A DNA stretch of 64,000 nucleotides, taken from positions 17,050,001-17,114,000 of the forward strand of contig OX597820.1 in the NCBI GenBank assembly GCA_951406725.2, in the 5' to 3' direction. Position numbers and translations under genes: made by a program. The DNA comes from Octopus vulgaris. Lineage: Eukaryota. The notes beneath the pieces were generated by a model. It was given only the letters and a program-made list of their open reading frames with translations, ran no database searches and was not told where the DNA came from. This document shows positions 56,291 to 64,000 of the stretch, piece after piece. Within the stretch, counting starts at the first letter, position 1, and each line of letters starts with the position of its first letter.

Positions 56291-56789
56291 AATGAACTGG
56301 CATCCCGCTCAAAGAGAATATGAGCTCGGTTACTTATATATGGAGACCGGTTAACCGGCCTTATGGGTCCAAGGGTTCGAGAAAAACAAAACAAATAAAA
56401 ACAAGACAAAAAATACAGGAATAATAAGCAACAAATATATTTAGGGAATAACTGATTAATTTATTTAAAGATTTCAATCTTGAAAATTATATTCAAAAGC
56501 ACTCTGCAAACATAACTTTCCTTACGTCTCCTTAAGCGATAACGCTTTTCTCCAGTATTTTCCTGAATAAAATATTTAATTAAATAAGAGTACAGTATAT
56601 CCAGAGCAAATGGATATAAAATTTCTTACCTTTTCTACTCTAAGCACAAGGGCCAAAATTTTGGGGAAGGAGGCCAGTCGATTACGCGACTGGTACTTAA
56701 TTCATCGACCCTGAAAGGAGAGGAAAGGCAAAGTCGTCCTCGGCGGAATTTGACATCAGAACGTAAAGACAGACGAAATACCGCTAAGC

Positions 56790-56897
<108 letters not shown>

Positions 56898-56920
56898 TGT
56901 ATGTATGTATGTATATATAC

Positions 56921-56951
<31 letters not shown>

Positions 56952-56966
56952 CATATATATATATAT

Positions 56967-57688
56967 AATCAAAAAATAAGGGTGGAAAGTTGGATATTAA
57001 TTTAATAATACCATCAATTTAACACCAAGTGGCTTAGCGCATAAAAACCAGGGATACAATAAAAATTTATATACACATATATAAGAGAGTGACCACTATA
57101 TGGTCGACTCTGGCGCAAAAAATAGATCCGCTATGGTATTAGCCACTAAAAAATTGTTTCCAAGTAAAGTCAGCACAACATTTAACGTAAACGAGCAGGG
57201 CACTTGAAAAATAACAAAAAAGCCACTTGGTATTAAATTGATGGTATTATTAAATTAATATCCAACTTTCCACCCTTATTTTTTGATTTTAATTATACTG
57301 CAGTAAATCTTTTATGCAGTATTTGTTTCCGGAAGTCTTTATCGCGCTTTTAGCGAGGGAGTTTGAATCATAACTTCGAATATAATCGATTGAACAACAC
57401 ATGTGTTTAACGTTGTGTTGAAATTCGGCGAGCGGTTTAAGAAATTGTATTCTAGACAAATTCTGCTGATGAACTATAGATGTTGTGTAAGTAAAATTGC
57501 ATTTACATTAATAGCGAAACAATTGCCCAGAGTTAATCTATATTTTTTGTTATTTTTCAAGTGCCCTGCTCGTTTACGTTAAATGTTGTGCTGACTTTCC
57601 TTGGAAACAATTTTTTAGTGGCTAATACCATAGCGGATCTATTTTTAGCGCCAGAGTCGACCATATAGTGGTCACTCTCTTATATATG

Positions 57689-57726
<38 letters not shown>

Positions 57727-57871
57727 TAATACCATAGCGGATCTATTTTTAGCGCCAGAGTCGACCATATAGTGGTCACTCTCTTATATATGTATGTATA
57801 TATATATACATACATATATAAGAGAGTGACCACTATATGGTCTACTCTGGCGCTAAAAATAGATCCGCTAT
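56967..57871. mobile_element. PLE-like element with A-B-A'-HHR-B' nested inversions and extra terminal duplications
   Basis: A 56967-57035 / A' 57220-57288; B 57079-57221 / B' 57543-57688; extra copies at 57723-57790 and inverted at 57815-57871. Confidence 0.8.
57461..57532 (+). ncRNA. Type I hammerhead motif with mutated triplet
   Basis: TTCTG|CTGATGA|aCTAT...ATAGc|GAAAC-aatt-GCC|CAGAG; GCC in place of GTC. Confidence 0.65.
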
Positions 57872-57872
57872 G

Positions 57873-57923
<51 letters not shown>

Positions 57924-57932
57924 CATATATAT

Positions 57933-57998
<66 letters not shown>

Positions 57999-58257
57999 CT
58001 ATATATGTGTGTGTGATTGTCCCTCATCACCGCACGACAACCGGTGTTGTTGAGTTTACGTCCGTATAACTAAGACGCCCGGCCAAAGAACTACCGATAG
58101 AACAAATACCAGTCTTTAAGAAATATAAGTTATGGGCGTCGATAAATTCGACTAACATTCTTCAAGGTGGTGGCCCAGTATGACTGCCGTCTAATGACAG
58201 AAACGAGTAGAAGAGAAAAAATATATATCTAGGGCGGTATGTGTGCGCACTCGTGAG

Positions 58258-58340
<83 letters not shown>

Positions 58341-58371
58341 GCACAGACATATACGTACGTATACATATATG

Positions 58372-58406
<35 letters not shown>

Positions 58407-59207
58407 GTATGTATATATATATATACACACACGCACATATATATATATATATACATATATATAATTCCATATTAAATGATATAAACCCTAACATTCAATT
58501 TACAATGGGATATAGCATACATATTGATATTTATATGTATATATATATATATATTATATATATATATATGTGTGTGTGTATATATATACATGTATATATA
58601 TATATATGTATATATACATATATATATATGTATGTATAAATATATCATCTTTTATTTGTTTTAGTCATTGAACTGCGTCCATGCTGTTGTACAACCTTGA
58701 AGGTTTTAGTCGAATAAATTGACCCCCAGTACTTAGTCTTTTAATACTGGTGCGTATTCTATTGGCCTCTTTTGCCGAATCGCTTTGTTACGGCGACGTA
58801 TAGAAAACAACACCGGATCTCAAGCTGTTGTCACGGGTTGCCAAGCTGGTTGGCTTGACCGGAAGAATCTGTCTCGCTATCCTTTCCTGCAACATTCTAA
58901 TCACAAGTCTTTCATTCCACAATTGTGATCTCTCACTGCACAGAAAATAGAGGCTCGATGTGAAGAGACCTCCTGATCTCCATGCTACATACGTTGTCAA
59001 GTAATGTTACACCAGAGATCCTTTCTGAAGGGTCCAATTTCGGTCGCTTGTACTTGCTTCCCTACTCTTTCAGTCATCACTTAACATTCTGCACAATTGG
59101 TACCGTTTGATATATTTCGACACAATAGATAGTTTACATTATAAACGACATTTTATCTCCTCACACATAATACTTTAACCTCACTCAACCTATGTTCTGC
59201 ATAATTA

Positions 59208-59425
59208 AGACGGCGAGCTGGCAGAAACGTTAGCACGCAGGGCGAAATGATTTGTGGTATTTCGTCTGCCGTTACGTTCTGAGTTCAAAGTCCGCAGAAT
59301 TCGACTTTGCCTTTCATCCTTTCGGGGTCGATAAATTAAGTACTAGTTACGCACTGGGGTCGATATTATCGACTTAATCCGTTTGTCTGTCTTTGTTTGT
59401 CCCCTCTTGTGGTTAGTAAAGAAAT
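59208..59425 (+). mobile_element. SINE family A
   Basis: Homology to family A. Confidence 0.85.
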
Positions 59426-61185
59426 ATTTATTTTGCATAATTCTTACCCTATACTATAAATCTAGGCAGCACATATTCTTTACGATCACAACTCGAAACT
59501 ATAACTGAGATAATACAACTGGCATAACGAATGCAAAATACAATCAGTAAACAATTGAGTATAACAGGTAATATATTTTATATAAGCAAATGAAATACTT
59601 AAGCAACACAGAAACAGCCAAAGAAACATTTTCCTATAAAATAAAACCTGTAGATTTAGCAAATAAACAGAATCCTGCATTCTCGAAAAACAATACAATA
59701 CTACACACAAACATACACACGCGCAAGCACATACGTATACACATATACACATGCACACACTCGTACACACCCACTAAGAGCACATCTGGATGTGTTGTAG
59801 AAAATAACATAAATTCGTTGAAAAGACGACTGTAAAAAATTCAACTTACAATAACAATAAAAATACGTCAACAATGATAACAGTTTTCTTCCTATTTACA
59901 GCTCTTTATTCATCTTTGTATTATTCTATTCGAAATACGTCTGAAACAGCATCAAATCAGCTACTTAGATTATATTCATTTGCCATGTTTTTTGTTTGTA
60001 TTCTCTGTATTATAAATGAGACTGCAAATTAGCGTTGCTGATATCTTTATTTGATCAATACAAACATGAAGAATGTCTCCATCAAGTTCTGCAATTTGAG
60101 GCCAGTAAGGCTTCTCATTCTACATAATTATATTCTCAACTTCTGTTAAATACTCCTCAAATTCTGCTGAGTATGACGCCATTCTTCTCAATATCAAATC
60201 TCAACCAATCAGGAGGACGTTAGCTGTGGTTTCATTGCGCCATATTAATCATTAACAAAGAAACACTTTGAAAGCTACATCCGGCTTTTCAACAAAAGAT
60301 GTTTGCTGTGGTAAATTCTTAATTGACGCTCTTTTCTGCTGCTTAAACCAGATGCGTTTGTGATAAGCAGTGAATTGTAATTAATTTATGTATTTACTTT
60401 TTAAACAATTTTAATTCGAATAGTTTCATAAGTAAAAGTTGAATATTAATATAATAGATTATCTTGATTTAAAACGAAAGCTGAAAAGGAAAATATTTAT
60501 TGCTTGCAATTAAAAATTAGCATTATATTAATGAATAATAATTAACTAAAGATGTTTTTCAGAAATAGTCTCTGTTTTATGATTAAATAATGTATAAATT
60601 TGTGAGTGTTAATTTTTGTTGTTATATTTATAATAAGTTAGTCATAGATAAATATATTTAGAGTCTTAAGTTTTCTCTGGAATGACGGAATATTTAGATA
60701 AACCGTTTTAACAAATCGTTTTAATATTCAATATCAAATACTGCAAGCGGTAGATATCGTGACAGTGATGCACTCTCAAAATGAGAGGTAGCAGTTTCGT
60801 ATTGATTTTAATTGGAATAATAGAGAACTGGCAATTTTAGCAATGAAGTAGATATAATAGTGGATATGCACGCACAAAACAATAGCAATTTCGAGACTTA
60901 GTAATAAAATCTTTGCCACTTTGTCCATAAACGGTGCTGGATTTCGATTGCCAGCTCAGTATCATTAGTGAAGGAAACATATACGTATATTTTGGGGGTA
61001 TTTTAGATATAACTCCGATATGATTTCATGCTAGTAGCGATGACGGAGAGGGATAACTGTTCGTTATTTTATCAACTGTTGTTGCCGGAAGCGATTGAAC
61101 CTTTCTGAAAGCAAAAATGGAAACTCGTCTACGCATACAAAAATAATGTATAAACTGTGCTATACAAAGTAGATTTGCTGGATTC

Positions 61186-61655
61186 ACATACATACATACA
61201 TAGATACATACATACATACATACATACATACATACATACATACATACATACATACATACATACATACATACATACACGCATACATACATACACGCATACA
61301 TACATACATGCATACATATATGCATACATACATAATACATACATACATACATAATAAATACATACATAATACATACATAATACATACATACATACATGCA
61401 TACATACATACATGCATACATACATACATAATACATACATACATAATACATACATACATACATAATACATACATACATAATACATACATACATAATAAAT
61501 ACATACATACATACATACTTTCATACGTACATAATACATACATACATAATACATACATACATACATACATATATACATACATACATACATACATACATAC
61601 ATACGTACATAATACATACATACATACATAATACATACATACATACATACATACA

Positions 61656-61685
<30 letters not shown>
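61186..61685. repeat. (ATAC)n microsatellite with periodic ATA interruptions
   Basis: Direct inspection. Confidence 0.95.
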
Positions 61686-61688
<3 letters not shown>

Positions 61689-62298
61689 GATGGCTTCAAA
61701 TTCATGTTCGGGTGTTGCCATCGCCTGATCGTAAGTCCTATACTTGCGAAGGCTACCATCAGCCATTTTTATGATAGGTCTTAATATTTGCAAGCGGTAC
61801 CTGACCACGATGATATTTTTATAGTGGAGAAAAGATTTGCAGAAATCCAAACCCACTCTCTGATCATGGATAATATAAACTCGAAAAGAAGGTATTTTCA
61901 CGTTCCCGAGCACATCTATATGCATACATGCGTACGCACACACATGTACATATATTCTTGGATGGCCGTTGACTGCTTATGAGTTCTTCTGCCCTTTGGC
62001 AGGTTTTATTTTTCGTTCTGCAGGGTGTCCAACAACCACCCTCCTCACCAAGCAAGTCTGACGGGGTTGCCAGTTTAGTCGCAGATGTCTCCACCATGCA
62101 ACAGGTTGTACTGGGTTACATGTTACCAGTAGCGCCCAAGTGGGACTTGGCATAATATATACATACATACGTACATGCATATTCTTATATATGTATGCAT
62201 GTGTGTATATATATATATACATATATAATACATATATATGATCTCAGATTTATACAAACACGTATATAAAGATAGATAGAAAGATAGAGAGAAAGAGA

Positions 62299-62394
<96 letters not shown>

Positions 62395-62426
62395 CAAAAT
62401 AAGCAACAAGAATAACTTCGGTAACT

Positions 62427-62510
62427 TGGTACGATCGTTTCGCACTACATCATTTTATTAAATGCTGTAAGTATTACAACAGTTTTAAAATGCTGAGCAC
62501 TCATCAGCCA
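62427..62510 (-). ncRNA. Type I hammerhead motif, canonical core
   Basis: TGG|CTGATGA|GTGCT...AGTGC|GAAAC-gatc-GTA|CCA. Confidence 0.68.
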
Positions 62511-62864
62511 TTAATAGAGGTTTTCTATTAATACATAATTTTTATATCAAGTGGTAACATTATAGAGAAGGTAGATATATAGACAAAGATGTGGATTTAA
62601 ATTTTAAGAACATTTGAGGTAGTCGAGCTTATCAACTGACTGGCTAAAATTCTGTTGCTCCGAACTACTGTAAGGTTCTGAGAGAAAAGGACAAATGAAA
62701 GGAGACAACAAAGATTTTCTGTTTATAGAAATAGGGGTGAAAGAGATGTCAAAGTTCCATATAAAGAAATTTATGTAGAGAAAAGGATTGTCACACTACA
62801 ATACCAATTACTACTATTTGGTAACCAGATTTGGCATTAGGAGAACTAGGTTAATGTCAAATGG

Positions 62865-62932
<68 letters not shown>

Positions 62933-63562
62933 TATATATGTATATAGACAAAATGAGATAACAAAGACAAGGCTGTGAGGAGTTTCAGGACATGTATAAA
63001 TAAAAATGTATAGATATATATATAGTGTTATGGATATCTCTTCATCAGAGACGATGTGAGATGGTTAAATAGAAGTAAATATTTGAGTTCCAAGTAAGGA
63101 ATTATCATAGAAAAAGAGGGGATAGGAAAGTAAGAGAATGAAAGTAGAAATAAAATATAAAATATATAAAGATAGTGTGGTTGGATTTCCGTTATTCGAG
63201 GCAAGTGGTGTATAGAAATCGTAATAAGTTTCCTGTACATGGTATGTAAGTTCCAATAGCAGTTCATGCTTAATCTTTCAAAAGTATGGAGCCGTGGATT
63301 CTATGTTGCTCATTCGAAGGGATCTTGTGGTGTGAATGAAAATTTGATAATGTATTGGTAGTGTTTGTGGATAGATGGGGAGGAGAAGATGTGTATGATT
63401 AGAATGAGGAGATAGGTCAAAATGAAAACAGGAAGAGAAAATGAGAGGAAGAAAGAGAGAAAAGAGAGAGAGAGAGGAGAAAATATGAAAATATGAAAAA
63501 AATGACGGGTGAAAGAAGTGAGAAAAGGAGTGTTAGCTGGTGGTCAGTATAATGTGAGGTGA

Positions 63563-63631
<69 letters not shown>

Positions 63632-64000
63632 GAGAGAGAGAGAGAGCGAGAAAGTGCGAGAAAGGGGGATTCTTTTGTCAATCTAAACGCATGGATGGCT
63701 CGTCTAACAGCGTATAGCTGTTATGCCACCTACACTGATGATTCGTGCATACCGGTAAAAGCGACGCAGTTAGGGAAATTGTCGAAAGTTGATGAAAATG
63801 TTTACCACAAACCGAATGACCAGCACACCTACGCAGTTTTCTCTTAGAGTTCTCCAGCTGCTAATTTACCTGCGTTCTCCAGAGTTTAAAGTCAACTCAG
63901 CTTACCATGATAAAAGTTTTCCTAGGTACCAAGACAAATACCAAGACATCACGCATACATTTATGTATATTATGTAGTTCAATAGCTGTTGGTTCGTCTG

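Overview
This is an AT-rich, repeat-saturated eukaryotic window, intergenic or deep intronic. The repeat families resemble those of an octopus or other cephalopod genome (inference). No intact host gene is supported, and nearly all listed ORFs are translations of (TA)n, (CA)n, (TATC)n, (TATG)n and (AAT)n microsatellites. Recognisable elements are about four tRNA-derived SINE families (one forming tandem multimers), a decayed hAT (Buster/SPIN/GTF2IRD2-like) transposase, a mariner remnant, a Tc1/mariner MITE, a CR1/L2-type LINE fragment and a Penelope-like element (PLE) GIY-YIG fragment. The main signal is about 15 type I hammerhead ribozyme (HHR) motifs and remnants from roughly ten different short non-coding element families. 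Most have a minimal palindromic stem III and sit beside microsatellites. Some carry compensatory core swaps (G3-C8, U3-A8) or a family-wide A6U change, and many are inserted as fold-back inverted repeats whose turning point lies in or next to the ribozyme. One family appears to couple a tRNA-like Pol III head to a hammerhead. All pairings were read by eye; no folding or database search was run, and element boundaries are approximate.
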